A stretch of 64,000 nt of DNA from Octopus sinensis (Eukaryota): assembly GCF_006345805.1 (NCBI RefSeq), contig NC_043003.1, positions 56,296,001-56,360,000 of the forward strand, given 5' to 3'. Of the stretch, positions 52,261-64,000 are shown one piece after another. The notes beneath the pieces were generated by a model. That model did no database searches. It was not told where the DNA came from and worked only from the letters and a program-made list of their open reading frames with translations. How positions within the stretch are numbered: position 1 is the stretch's first letter; each line of letters begins with the position of its first letter. Made by a program: the position numbers and the translations under genes.

Positions 52261-52731
52261 TGTAAATTTTGCCGTCGAGAGATCTTGCTGTTATGCATAA
52301 TGTTTTCATCAACCAATTTTTTTCAATTTCAGGATTTGTAAGCGATTGAAAGATTAATCCATCAACTGCCAAATTTTGTTTTCATATTTTTTGGCTTTGC
52401 CAAGTGTCTTAGGAGTTAAAATAATATATATTATTTAAATTTTCTTCATATGTGAATTATTTTGAAAATTATGATAAATTTATCAGAAAGTCCTAAATGG
52501 GGGATCGCTGAAAAAATGCATATTAATCATTTTCTCTTCACTTTCAATATTAGACATTTTAGGCTATTTAAAACTATAGTATCAAATGCGAAGTGTATGA
52601 AATATCAATGAATGATATAGATTAGAAATGCGTTTTCAAAACAGTCACTATTTTTGTGGTTCAAAAATTGCGATTTATGTCCTAAAATGTCCTCTAGAAT
52701 TAGCAAGAGCTAATAATGACAAACTTTAACT

Positions 52732-53073
52732 ACTAAATATGTTAAACACACCTCTGCAAATACAATATACATAAACAGTTCACTTTAAATACAACGAAGA
52801 ACTGGGAGTGAGACTGGTTTTAGCAGATCCTCAAATGCAGCTCATGGCAGATTATGCGTTAAAAGGAAACAGCCTGGATTTTACACACACACACACACAT
52901 ATATATATGTGTGTGTGTGTGTAAAATCCTGGCTGTTTCCTCTTAACGCATAACCTGCCATGAGCCGCATTTGAGGATCTGCTAAAACCAGTCTCACTCC
53001 CAGTTCTTCGTTGTATTTAAAGTGAACTGTTTATGTATATTGTATTTGCAGAGGTGTGTTTAACATATTTAGT
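52732..53073. repeat. Near-perfect 342-bp palindrome centred on (CA)n(TA)n(TG)n
   Basis: actaaatatgttaaacacacc..ggattttacacac versus gtgtgtaaaatcc..ggtgtgtttaacatatttagt, with only a handful of mismatches. Confidence 0.95.
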
Positions 53074-53510
53074 GTGTGTGTGTTTGTGTGTGTGTCTGTA
53101 TGTCTGTCTGTGTCTGAATCTGTGTGTGTGTCTGTCAGTTTGTCTGTCTGTCAGTGAGTGTGTCTGTGTGTGTGAGTGTCTCTGTGCGTGTGTGTGCATA
53201 TGTATAAGGCGCTTGTAACCTTCCTCTCTACAAAGGTCCTACTGAACGAGCGATGCTTTTGCACTATCGTTAAATCATACTTAAACTATATTTAAAACTA
53301 TATTTAAAAACTATATCTTAAACTATATTTTAAAAAATGTCGCCACTGCCGTACCTACTTCTTCACAGTCATATCCGCTTCCTTTTCACCGAAGACGCTC
53401 CCTGGACGACTTAACAGTTGGATGTCAACGGACAACAAATTTAGATTATCCAGTGTATGCAGGAGACCACTGACGTAACCAATTTTCCGATTTTTTTTTG
53501 TCAATCATGT

Positions 53511-53700
53511 ATGACGGGGTGCTGAATAGTTCCTGGTTATAAGAGTGTCGTGAAAGGCCTGGATGGAGACCCAACGTTCTGAGCTCTGTTACAGAGTTTA
53601 GAGAAACTGAAGGACCGCATGTGAATTTCAGAGGGGAATATTTTGAATAAAATTATAATTAAATGATCCTCCTTATTTTCTTTACCCAAAGGCAGACAAC
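53511..53700 (-). mobile_element. Mariner-derived MITE-like remnant
   Basis: Terminal tatgacggggtgctgaatagttcctgg resembles a mariner TIR; other end eroded. Confidence 0.55.
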
Positions 53701-53779
53701 GTTTAATTACACTCTCGTGCGTTGTCGCGGATATTCATGGACAATTTGTATCTTTTAAAACATTCTTGATATTGTCTGC

Positions 53780-54130
53780 TATCTAGTAGCATTTCTAAGC
53801 TTTTTTAGTATCTTGAATATATTGGTCGTTGGCCACAGTGTAGCCATATACCAAAAAATCAACCATAGAAAAATCTTCCATTTTCCTATCATAAAATGAC
53901 GAACATTTCTTATACTCTGTCACCAGAGGAGAAACAAATAGATTTTCATTGGCTTCAGACGATTCCAGCAGATTACAGAGTATTTCTTCCCTTCTCTCCA
54001 TGAAATCCTTTGTCAACTGCCGAGTTATTCAATTTGCATACACTCTCTGCTTCCAAAAGTCTTCAACCTCTTTCAACAGAAATCAGCTTTGAACTATGAA
54101 TCTGAAATATTGGACTATTGTAAGCCGTCT
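53780..54130 (-). pseudogene. Internally deleted mariner transposase remnant
   Basis: AN*ITRQLT (WVPRQLT-like), RREEILCNLL..LFVSPLVTEYKKCSSFYD (LVTGDEKW-like), MVDFLVYGYTVANDQY. Confidence 0.55.
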
Positions 54131-55341
54131 TCGAATTGTGTGACTTGAAAACTTTTCTACCGAACGATTAATATATTAACATATCACTACTGCATATGTT
54201 TTACTGTTTTTATCGTTGCTTTAGACATGTTGGGTGAATTTTCGTTATTTTTCTTATATTAAATTCTTTTCTTCCGACTGCTACTTTTGATTACGTAATT
54301 TTATTGGACGTTTTTCATTTTATCTCCTGATATACAGCTTTATCACCAAGGATAAAGGGTGTACACAGATTTATCGTATTATATTATTTATATATTATTT
54401 TATTTTATTGTATTATTTATCTTGTTGTTCATTTTATTTAAGCTTACCACTCCAACTCTGAATTATTCGGATTGATTTTTTCCACACCCTCAAATATACA
54501 TTTTTTTTCCATGTCCATGCATATTTTCGGAATTGGATTTCATTTAGTATATATATAGTTCTTTTTATTCTCTGTCTCTGTCCGGGTGTCTTTTTTCCGT
54601 TTCGTCTCCTTTGCACCCTTTAGTAATAATATTTTTGGCTTTAAATTTATCGAATTTCTCCATCAGTAACATGGTTTCTAGTCGCTTCTGCTTTCTCTGT
54701 GTATTCAATATGTTGTCTGTCCATATTTAATAGAAATGGTAACTAATAGTATGCTATGCGCTACATCCCTTTTCTTTTCCCTTTCTTATTTCTTACTTAT
54801 TCTCCTTTTTACCTCGCGTACTTTTTTTCTTTTTTATTCTTCTCTTCTTTCCCACCTGATATTGTATGCCACATGCCGTTATTTTGTCGTTAGCTTATTT
54901 ATCTAATTATTTATTCTTATATTTATTATTCCCTTGTTTTCATGTTACTCATTCGTCTTGTCGTTATTTTACATTCTAAATCATCATCTTTTATTATATA
55001 TTCCATCAACGTTTGATCTCCAAAAAGGTATTATTTTTACCTTAGCTGCAATGGTTATACCTATTTACATTTATATAGGTGATCTATGTCATTTGGTTAT
55101 AAATTTAAATTCCACTGCTTTTTAACTTTGATTTTGTTGTCAACGGCCAACAGATTTTCCAACAGACTTCGCTTATTTTGAACAATAACCACCCATATCC
55201 AATCATCTTAAAATTTAATTGATGAGTTTATAAATGATCATTAACCATTTAAAAACATTAATAAAGCATCGTATTGCTAAAAACCTTATCTCACGTCTTT
55301 TGGTGATCTGAGTAACAGTTTATTAAGTCTTTTTAACATCA

Positions 55342-55700
55342 AACATGAGCAATCAGATAGCGCAAACCTCCGCCAAGGCAAAACCAATGTCTTCTCAACG
55401 ATTAGCCAGAGATGATTTATAAAATGAAATAAACTCGACTGCTCTTACAAACGAGAATACTAAACATGAACCCGACCGCTCTCAAGAGTTAAATTTTAAA
55501 AAAAGAGGAAAAATAATCCAGAGACTTTGGTACCAGATCCATCCCACAATCTAATCTGTTCGTGCCAGTCACGAAGACAAAATCCTTGAAAGTGTTATCC
55601 ATATCCATCCAGCGGTTCTTGAGATATCTTGTCCAGGGACAAACAAACAATCAAACAAGAGTGCAAACAATATCCCCGCCTTCGCTAAGGCGGAAGTTAT
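55342..55700 (+). mobile_element. Non-autonomous helentron-associated (HINE-like) element
   Basis: Inverted pair AACCTCCGCC (55365-74) and GGCGGAAGTT (55689-98), 3' hairpin CCGCCTT-cgct-AAGGCGG, internal (AAAC)n. Confidence 0.55.
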
Positions 55701-56116
55701 AACATAAAGAAAAACAGGAAAGGTCACAATGTGCACATGCACACGCGCACATAAATTATATATATATAGTTAGTTGTAATAATGAAGTCAAAGGAAATAT
55801 TAGTAATTTTGATAATCTTTGATACGGACGTTTCAGATGTGCATAATATAAGATAGGAAATGCATCTAATACACAAATCCTGCCTCTGAGGAAAGTTTAA
55901 ATAACAGATATATTTCCTGTTATATATCACGCAAACGAGAAACGCATAAAAATATCACTATGTGGGTTGAATCCGTTATTAAAATTAATACGATTTGCGC
56001 TGGCAATACAAATAGCCGGTTTTGACTCAATTGAAGCGGATATTCTTATAGCAATTAGGAACACGTTTGTTATATCTGAGCCAAGAATTCTGGTAATGTG
56101 CACCACGGCTTCTTAC

Positions 56117-56156
<40 letters not shown>

Positions 56157-56537
56157 TATATTTGTAAAAAAGAAGTTTGAAAACGCCACTATATTAGATA
56201 AATTTTAATTTTCTTATGAATGTTACATGTTTCGGTTCTTGCAAAAAACGAACCTTATCAAAAATATTATAAAAAGTAAAGAATAATAGAAGAGTTCATA
56301 ATTGTTTCTTACTGGTCTCAATAGAATCCATGTGGTGGTGTTTTGTCGATAGTAGGTATCATAGCTATAAATTTCAAGTTGAGTGTAGTAAAGAAGTTCA
56401 TTATTGTTTCTGAAATGGTAGCAGCAGTAGTGATTGTTGGTCGTAGTAGTAGTGACCGTGGTGGTGGATGGGTTTGCGGCAGCTTATTGGTTGTAGCGGC
56501 TAAGTTGTGGCTGTCCTAGCAGCAGCAGTATGACCAG

Positions 56538-56584
<47 letters not shown>

Positions 56585-56799
56585 ATATGTATATATGTAT
56601 ATATATACATATATGTATATATACACATACAGATATATATATATATATGTTCATATGCATATTACCCATGGATTGAAGTGTAGGAAGAAAGTTAGATTCA
56701 AGCAATTCGTAGTAAATGTAAAAAAACAACTTTCAGAGACAATAGTGGTTTATTGAGACGGAAAGTTGTGAATTTTTTTGTTATTGAAGTATGATAATC

Positions 56800-57992
56800 C
56801 GAGTTAAATGCTTTTAACTAGGTGTTAGTTATAAATTCCTTAGCAGTTCCGGTTGATATATACAGTTGCATTGTGTTGAACTCAAATATGAGCGAAATAA
56901 GGAAGATTGACAGGAAAATCCATAAGCTGCTGACTTGCAATAATATGTACCACTCAGCGGCAGACGCAGATCGTCTTTACTTATCCAGAGCTCAAGGACG
57001 TCGAGGCTTGATCCAATTTGAGATCTCTTACAAAACCATTACTATTGGACTGGCAATATCTCGAAATATCAAACAACTGGATGATTACGTTCGTTGAAAA
57101 CCACGAAGATATAAGAAGCTTCATTCTGTTATGAAAGAGAGCAAAGGTTTTCCGCTGAGTTTATGCATAATACCCAGGTTGAACAGCATCAGGGAAGTGC
57201 AACAACTGTAGCTGCAAAAAAAGGTAGAATCAATAGCAAAACAAAATGTGCTTCAACAATTGGCTGATATGGAGGAAGAAAAACCTCAGCATGGCAAATA
57301 TGTGGCCCGTAGCAGACAAGCACATCCAGAGCTCAGAGTTAAAGGCAAAGAGTGAAGGCTTGTCTTGGCTGCCCAAAATCAAAGAATATTGAACCGGATC
57401 TATCAAGCCAATGTATGAAAAATGTTGTAGACCCAAAGTGCTGATACTGTAACGACGGGATAGAAACAATCGACCACCTAATCTCTGGATGAAACGTTTT
57501 AGTACCTTTAGAGTAGAAATCAATACATGACAGAATTGGCCAATGTTTACATTGGATAAGGTGTCGGCATTATAAAATAAAGACTGTTGATAAATGGTAC
57601 AAGTACCACCCTGAGGCTGTAAGTTGGGGAGAAAATGTAAATATTCTTTGGGACTTTCCAGTATATACAGATCTGACCATCAAGGCAAATAAACCACAAA
57701 TTGTTATGAAAGACAATAGCTATAAATTCTGTTTATTTATTGACATGAGTATACCCTGTTATCATAATATCTCGGCAAAAGAATTTGATAAGCCCAGAAA
57801 ATATAAATATTTGCTAATTGAAATCGAAAAGTTGTGGAATCTCAAGACGGTATTAACGCCTGTGATTGTAGGAGCACTAGGAATGATTAAAAAACCAAAT
57901 TGAAAATTATTTAAGAATGATCCCTGCAGGAAGTCCAAAAGATTGTCTTAACTGGTACGTCCTACGTATGTAGAAGAGCATTGTTGCTGTGA
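56800..57992 (+). mobile_element. R4/Dong-like RLE non-LTR retrotransposon 3' part
   Basis: INSLAVPV..IRKIDRKIHKLL..DRLYLSRAQGRRGL; ETIDHLISG..HDRIG..LHWI; WDFPV.TD.TIKANKP.IV; IDMSIP..NISAKEFDK..KYK.L.IEIEKLWNLKT..PVIVGALGMIKK; ends RRALLL*. Confidence 0.9.
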
Positions 57993-58309
57993 ATTTTCTC
58001 CCCCCCCATATATTTTATTTCTTTACTCTTCTATTTCTTATTTTTTGTCTCTGTCTTCCGCTCCTTCTCTATCACTCTGTAAATGATTCTGTAAATGAAC
58101 AATCTGGTGTGTTTGTTTTAATGGCCTACCTATGAAAAGAATACGTTTCTCTGACCTCGGTGTCGGGAAGTCACTCTGTAAGAAATATGAACAGATGCTA
58201 ACGAAAATGATAATAATAATAATAACAACAACAACAACAATAATAATAATGATGATGATAATAGTTGTAGTAGTAGTAGGAGGAGGAGGAGGAGGAGGAG
58301 GAGGTTGGG

Positions 58310-58530
58310 GATGAGGAGCCCTGGGAACAGTGAGCAAAAATCTCGAGAAGTACATGGAACAAATTGGGGCTACTTGAAGAAAACAGCACTGCCTGGAACC
58401 GCTCGAATACTCTGGAAGGTGCTCGAAAAATAAGAGACGTTACCTTAGTTCACTGGTAGTGAACAGCTGACACTGTAGTACATCTCCAGCCTTAGAAGCT
58501 GTGTAAAGGCATTAGTAATAATAATAATAT
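58310..58530 (+). mobile_element. Extreme 3' end of a second RLE-type LINE family with 3' UTR and (TAA)n tail
   Basis: GALGTVSKNLEKYMEQIG..KTALPGTARILWKVLEK*; preceded by (ATA/ACA)n and followed by (TAA)n. Confidence 0.8.
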
Positions 58531-59688
58531 CTATACGAATATTCATTTGAATATTTACTAATTCACATATATATATATAAATATTACATTTTTCTTTCGC
58601 AAAAGTTTCTTTTTTACATTATTGCTTGGAAGTGCTCAGGTCGAACACGAGACGTATGTTAGACATTATATTATAATAATACTAATTAATAAATACCATA
58701 CAAATTTTCGAAAAATTTATAAGGTGCTAAAAGTGAATGTCTCTACCCAGACACAACAGATTATGCTTCAATACGCGAACTCACATAAAGAATCTTGCAA
58801 ACCAAATCCCAAAGACGAAATATATAAGAATTTATTGAAAAATGTTTAAGATTACAAAGAAAGATTAAATTCTTAAACACAAGAAATCCTAATGTGACAT
58901 AATATTGCCAACTCTGAAACTCCTCTAGCATGTGTCAGATATTTCACATCGGAACTGGAGATAAAAAACGACAAAAAGAACATCACTTTAACAGAAGCTA
59001 CGGCGATGTAACAAGAAACATGGTCGTCTCGTTATCAATTTCGTGTCTTCAAATGTTTTCTGTCTTACACAACATATATATACACACGCCCAGACATATG
59101 TATATGATATTTGCTTGTATGTGTGTGTGTGTGTATTTGTGTGTGTGTGTGTAAATACAGACACAGTTATGTAGATATATCATATATACTTGCATCTACA
59201 TGATTGTGCGAGTATGCGCATGCGTTATGTGTGTGTGTATGTATATTTGCAGTTCTTTAATCTATGTTGCTTTCCCTTCCAGTTTTGGAATGTATATTGA
59301 TATTACCAGTGGAAGTGTTAAATTGCACCAGATCCAATAATAACTGGCGGAGCTCTTGTCTAAAGATATCTTCCAATATTAGCAAGCTTATGTGTATGTG
59401 TCTAGCATTTAATGTAGATTGTCAGTAGACAATTCTAACTACATATCTATCAACCGAACCATCTATATGGCTATCCTGTTTGTATCTTCAAACTACTGTT
59501 CTATTTTTAATCTCGAGTTTTTCTCTCGGTCTGTTTGTATAGATACATACATACATACAGACATACATGTATACATAAATACATACATATATGTGTGTGT
59601 GGACATATATATACACATGCATATGCACACATATATACGTATATACATCCACATACACACATATCAATCCATATATATAGATACACAT

Positions 59689-59727
<39 letters not shown>

Positions 59728-59756
59728 CATACATAAACAGGTGCCCATTGATATAA

Positions 59757-59828
<72 letters not shown>

Positions 59829-59849
59829 GTAGGTACACATTGAGATAGA

Positions 59850-59881
<32 letters not shown>

Positions 59882-60944
59882 CGCATTGATACGTATATGC
59901 ATACATATATATGAAAACTGGAAAACAGAATTGAAGAAACGAGCTTCAAATAATACTGAAAGAACATAGAACATCTAAAATTAAAAGATGCACACGATAA
60001 TAACAACATTATCAACAATAACTAGAAAATCTACAACAAAAATGTGAACTACAAGCAAAAACAAACAACAACTAAAAAAGAGTGAATGAAAAATATCCTA
60101 TCACGAAATAAAATAAAACCGTAAGAACTATTGTATTTTTATTGGCGTTCTTTATATCGCTGAATGAAATTAGTTTTGTTAGGTATAACGTTTGTTTGTA
60201 ATGGTTTTTATTTTTTTTTCCCTTGGAGTTTCATTACGTTTTTCACTTACCTTCACTTTTTCTCTCTACTCAGAACTACACACGTTTTAATGTCGTGAAG
60301 ATAGAATAGTCATTTGCAGGAAAAAAAGAAAAGAAAAATGAAGAGAAAAACAGAAAAATCATTTCTTTGAATTGGACGGATTTTTCTAAAAACAGAAAGC
60401 ACTTTAGTTTTACTAGTCTGCTTTAGTGGTTGGTTGTAAAAGTAAAAGAGACTTCTACTAGAAATAATAGCAGCACTTCCTTTATTTAAACAGATTGACA
60501 ATATTGGTTGTCTATATTTTTTTTGTTCTAGTTATTATTCGTTTTATTTTTCTCATTTTGGTATGAGAGAGAGAGTGTTAGATTTCATCTGTCCTCCTCT
60601 GATGCAGCTATCATGAAAATAAAAATACGTACGTTTATGCGTTTGTGTGTTAGTTTATTTTAATGCGTATATAATACAGCATTGTGGATGTATGTCTGCT
60701 TGTTCTAGGTTAGCTTAGAAAGTACTACACAAATACGTACTAAAACTACATATGTCTTTATTCCCTGTCTCAAACTGAATGATTATATAACATTTATTTC
60801 AATTCATGCATCAATGGGTTTGAATTAAATTATCAATTATCCTAAATATGTATTTAAAATTCTCTATTGCCTCTTCAAATTATGTCTCCTGTCCGAAAGT
60901 CTCGTATATTGTCACTTAGTATATCAACATTTACAAGCTATATT

Positions 60945-61110
60945 AGTTTCAAATTTTGGCACAGGGCAAGCAATTGGTACTTATTTAATCGTTCCCGAAA
61001 AGATGAAAGGGTAAAGTCGAACTTGGGTGAAGTTGAACTCTAAACGTAAAGACGGACAAAATGGCACTACGTTTCTTGCCCGGCTTAACCATTCTGCCAG
61101 CTTTACAATG
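60945..61110 (-). mobile_element. SINE family C, degenerate
   Basis: Reverse complement of the family core. Confidence 0.7.
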
Positions 61111-61234
61111 CTATATTAGTTATACGTATGCACACGTAGACACCCACAGGAACTAGAAATCCATGCACTAAAAATACTTATTTAGATATATTAACACAGG
61201 CACATATTCTTACATATGCATTATTATTTACTTA

Positions 61235-61442
61235 AATCTAGCAGGTAGGAAGAATCGTTAGCACTCAGGATTCGTGGCATTTCACCCGAACTCAGGTTCT
61301 AAATTAAGATTCCACTGAGGTGACTTTGCCTTTTATCTTTTCAGAGTCGGAAGAATAGGTAGCAGTCAAGTACTGGGGTTGATGCAATTGTCTTTTCCCT
61401 TCCCTCAAAACCGCTGATCTTGCGCCAAATTTTGAAACCATT
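61235..61442 (+). mobile_element. SINE family C, degenerate
   Basis: gaatcgttagcac..gaggtgactttgcctttt..gtactggggttgatgcaat..aattttgaaacc. Confidence 0.7.
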
Positions 61443-61555
61443 AGGCGTGAGCTTGTAAAATAGTTAGTACGGTGAGAAAACTACTTCGTGACAGCTCTTC
61501 CGGCTTTACCTCCTCAGTTTAAACTTAACGAAAATCTATTTTTCATTGTGACTCC

Positions 61556-61680
<125 letters not shown>

Positions 61681-62035
61681 TACGCCTCCATCTACCTATC
61701 TTCTTCCATTTCACTATACTTTCTATCTGATTCACCTTTCCCCTTTCCCCACTCTCACTCACTCTTATACAGTCTCGCTGTCTCTCTCATACAAAACATA
61801 AAAATGCTTCCCCTGATTAATCAGTCAGTCAGAATATATCTTCAGGCATCACTTATGCATGGATGTATATATACGTATATTTATGTATGTCTGCACATAT
61901 ACATATAATGAATATACATATACACATACACACACATAATAGATGTACTTGTATGTCTGTGTGTGTACCTGTGTGTGTGTGTGTGCCTATGTATGTATAA
62001 AAACATAGGCGAATGTATGGATATAGATCGATATA

Positions 62036-62330
62036 TCACCGTGATCACCGTGACCGACAAGACTATCAGATGTTGCTACACATCGCTGGTCACAATGCGC
62101 TTCGTGTTGTTTTAGCCTTCAAATGACGCGAGCAGGCCAACAGAAGAAAGAGTGAGAGAATGTTGTGGCGAAAGAGTACAGCAGGGATCGCCACGACCCC
62201 TTGCCGGAGCCTCGTGGAACTTTGAGTGTTTTCGCTCAATAAACCTTCACAACACCCGATCTGGGAACCGAAACCGCGATCCTATAACCGCGAGTCTGCT
62301 GCCCTAACCACTGGGCCATTGCGCCTCCAC
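62036..62330 (-). mobile_element. OR-type tRNA SINE, tail variant 2
   Basis: Same head and body as 1855-2240 but a different 3' tail (..gaagcgcattgtgaccagcgatgtgtagcaacatctgatag..). Confidence 0.85.
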
Positions 62331-62332
62331 AG

Positions 62333-62372
<40 letters not shown>

Positions 62373-62385
62373 GCACACACACACA

Positions 62386-62420
<35 letters not shown>

Positions 62421-62819
62421 AGATAGACAGATAGACAGATAGATAGATAAATAGATAGACCCTTGAAGCACGCATGCTCACATACACTCACACACAGACA
62501 CACATACAGGTATATGCATGATCTGTCTAGCTACTTGTGCTTGTCCGCCTGATTGGATTTCTTAATGTCTCCTTATATAACTCCTTCTGTATTTGTTAAT
62601 TTATAGTCAATTAGTGTTTACTATATAATTATTTTCAACTCACACATATGCCCACGCGCTCGTATACAAACTCATGCCCAGCTATAAATACACGCGCACA
62701 AACAAACGTGCACATACACACACACGCGCGCGCGCACACAATCGCGCAACATCGCCATTTTGTAGTAGTTTATATTGCATTCCGTCACATTTCTTCTTTA
62801 GTAAATTATTATTCTATAT

Positions 62820-62821
<2 letters not shown>

Positions 62822-62864
<43 letters not shown>

Positions 62865-63000
62865 TAATAATAATAATAATGATGATAATGGTGATGATGA
62901 TGGTGATTGATACTGATGGGGATTTTGATGAGAAGAAGAAGGAGGAGAAGAAGAAGAAGAAGAGAAGAAGAAGAAGAAGAAGAAGAAGAAGAAAAAAGAA

Positions 63001-63031
<31 letters not shown>

Positions 63032-63078
63032 AAGAAGAAGAAGAAGAAGAAGAAGAAGAAGAAGAAGAAGAAGAAGCC
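62822..63078. repeat. (TAA)n followed by a long (GAA)n homopurine tract
   Basis: Directly visible; source of the poly-K/poly-F/poly-S ORFs. Confidence 0.97.
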
Positions 63079-64000
63079 ATACTTCTTCGATAATTGCATA
63101 CGTAGAATATTACATTGCACAGTAAAAATTACACCAACCGACTAGAACAAAATGAATGATTAAATATTGCATTTATTCATATAGAAAGAAGATAGAAAGA
63201 TCACGGCCTCAATGGTTTTCATACCATGTTTGCCAAATCAGAGCTGATCTGTGTCTAAATAACAACTAGACGAATTTTATGATACTACACTTATCTAACA
63301 TCGGATAACTTTTATTCATAAATCTAATATATAGAGTGCATTTTCGCCAGTCCGACCTTTTAGCGATCTGGAGAGTGGAAGATTATCAAATTTGACTGTC
63401 TAATGAAACTCTGTCTAATAAATCATTAAAAATCATGTTTCCAACCAAACCAGGGTAATCGTTTATGTAACTATCTTTTACCAGGCTTCATATTTACGAA
63501 CGTCATGCCGTAATTTAAAGTTTTCAACTTCTCCAATATAAATCTCTCAAATCCATGCAACGCCGATATCTTCGTACAATGCTTGCCTTTCTTTGTGACC
63601 AGTGGTCTTTAAATCACAACACGCTCGGATTACTTTGCACTAAAGCTCTGCATCTAGTTTCGAAAGCATTGATTTATTTGGAACTATGTTGCACATTACC
63701 ACCTTTATTAGTATCTGAATCATGCACAAATTGCATTAAGTAATCCTTTGGTTACTTAATGTCCTAAACTTTTACATACTCTTGTTATACACCCATGCTG
63801 AAGATTACCGCTCCCATCTCCTTCCCAAAGGTGCTTTATTAAAATTTCTGTGTGTATCATGAGAGTTCCATTGCCTTGTTTTAGTACCTTCATTAATCTG
63901 ATTCTGTTATCATTATTTCTTTCTGGTAACGCACCGGATAGATTGCTAAGCGGCAATACTTCCGTCTCACCGTTCTGATTTCAAATCCCTGATTTGTCTT

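Noticed and set aside
54150-54900. Possible Penelope RT-thumb/linker remnant on the minus strand
   Set aside because: Only faint motif resemblance across many stops; cannot be supported without a profile search.

Overview
AT-rich, microsatellite-saturated eukaryotic DNA with no recognisable host-gene exon. The SINE families and repeat content look like a coleoid cephalopod, probably Octopus (inference, not a database result). Almost all ORFs in the supplied track are translations of (TA)n/(CA)n/(GATA)n repeats. The real content is a transposon graveyard: mariner and Tc1 transposase remnants, MITEs, three tRNA-derived SINE groups, L1/Tx1-, CR1- and RLE(R4/Dong)-type LINE remnants, and several Penelope-like element (PLE) pieces. 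The standout is a ~4.6-kb near-perfect palindrome (31274-35881, 8-bp central spacer) built from two tail-outward copies of a 5'-truncated PLE. Each arm carries a GIY-YIG endonuclease with a CxCx5C linker and a minimal type I hammerhead ribozyme. Each arm has a different microhomology-flanked deletion, so only the two together spell the intact endonuclease. Further hammerhead-bearing PLE fragments sit in or beside (TA)n tracts, and several independent fold-back inversions are centred on (TA)n/(CA)n tracts. This suggests a link between TA-targeting PLE activity and local inverted duplication (hypothesis). All alignments, translations and folds were done by eye, so boundaries are approximate.
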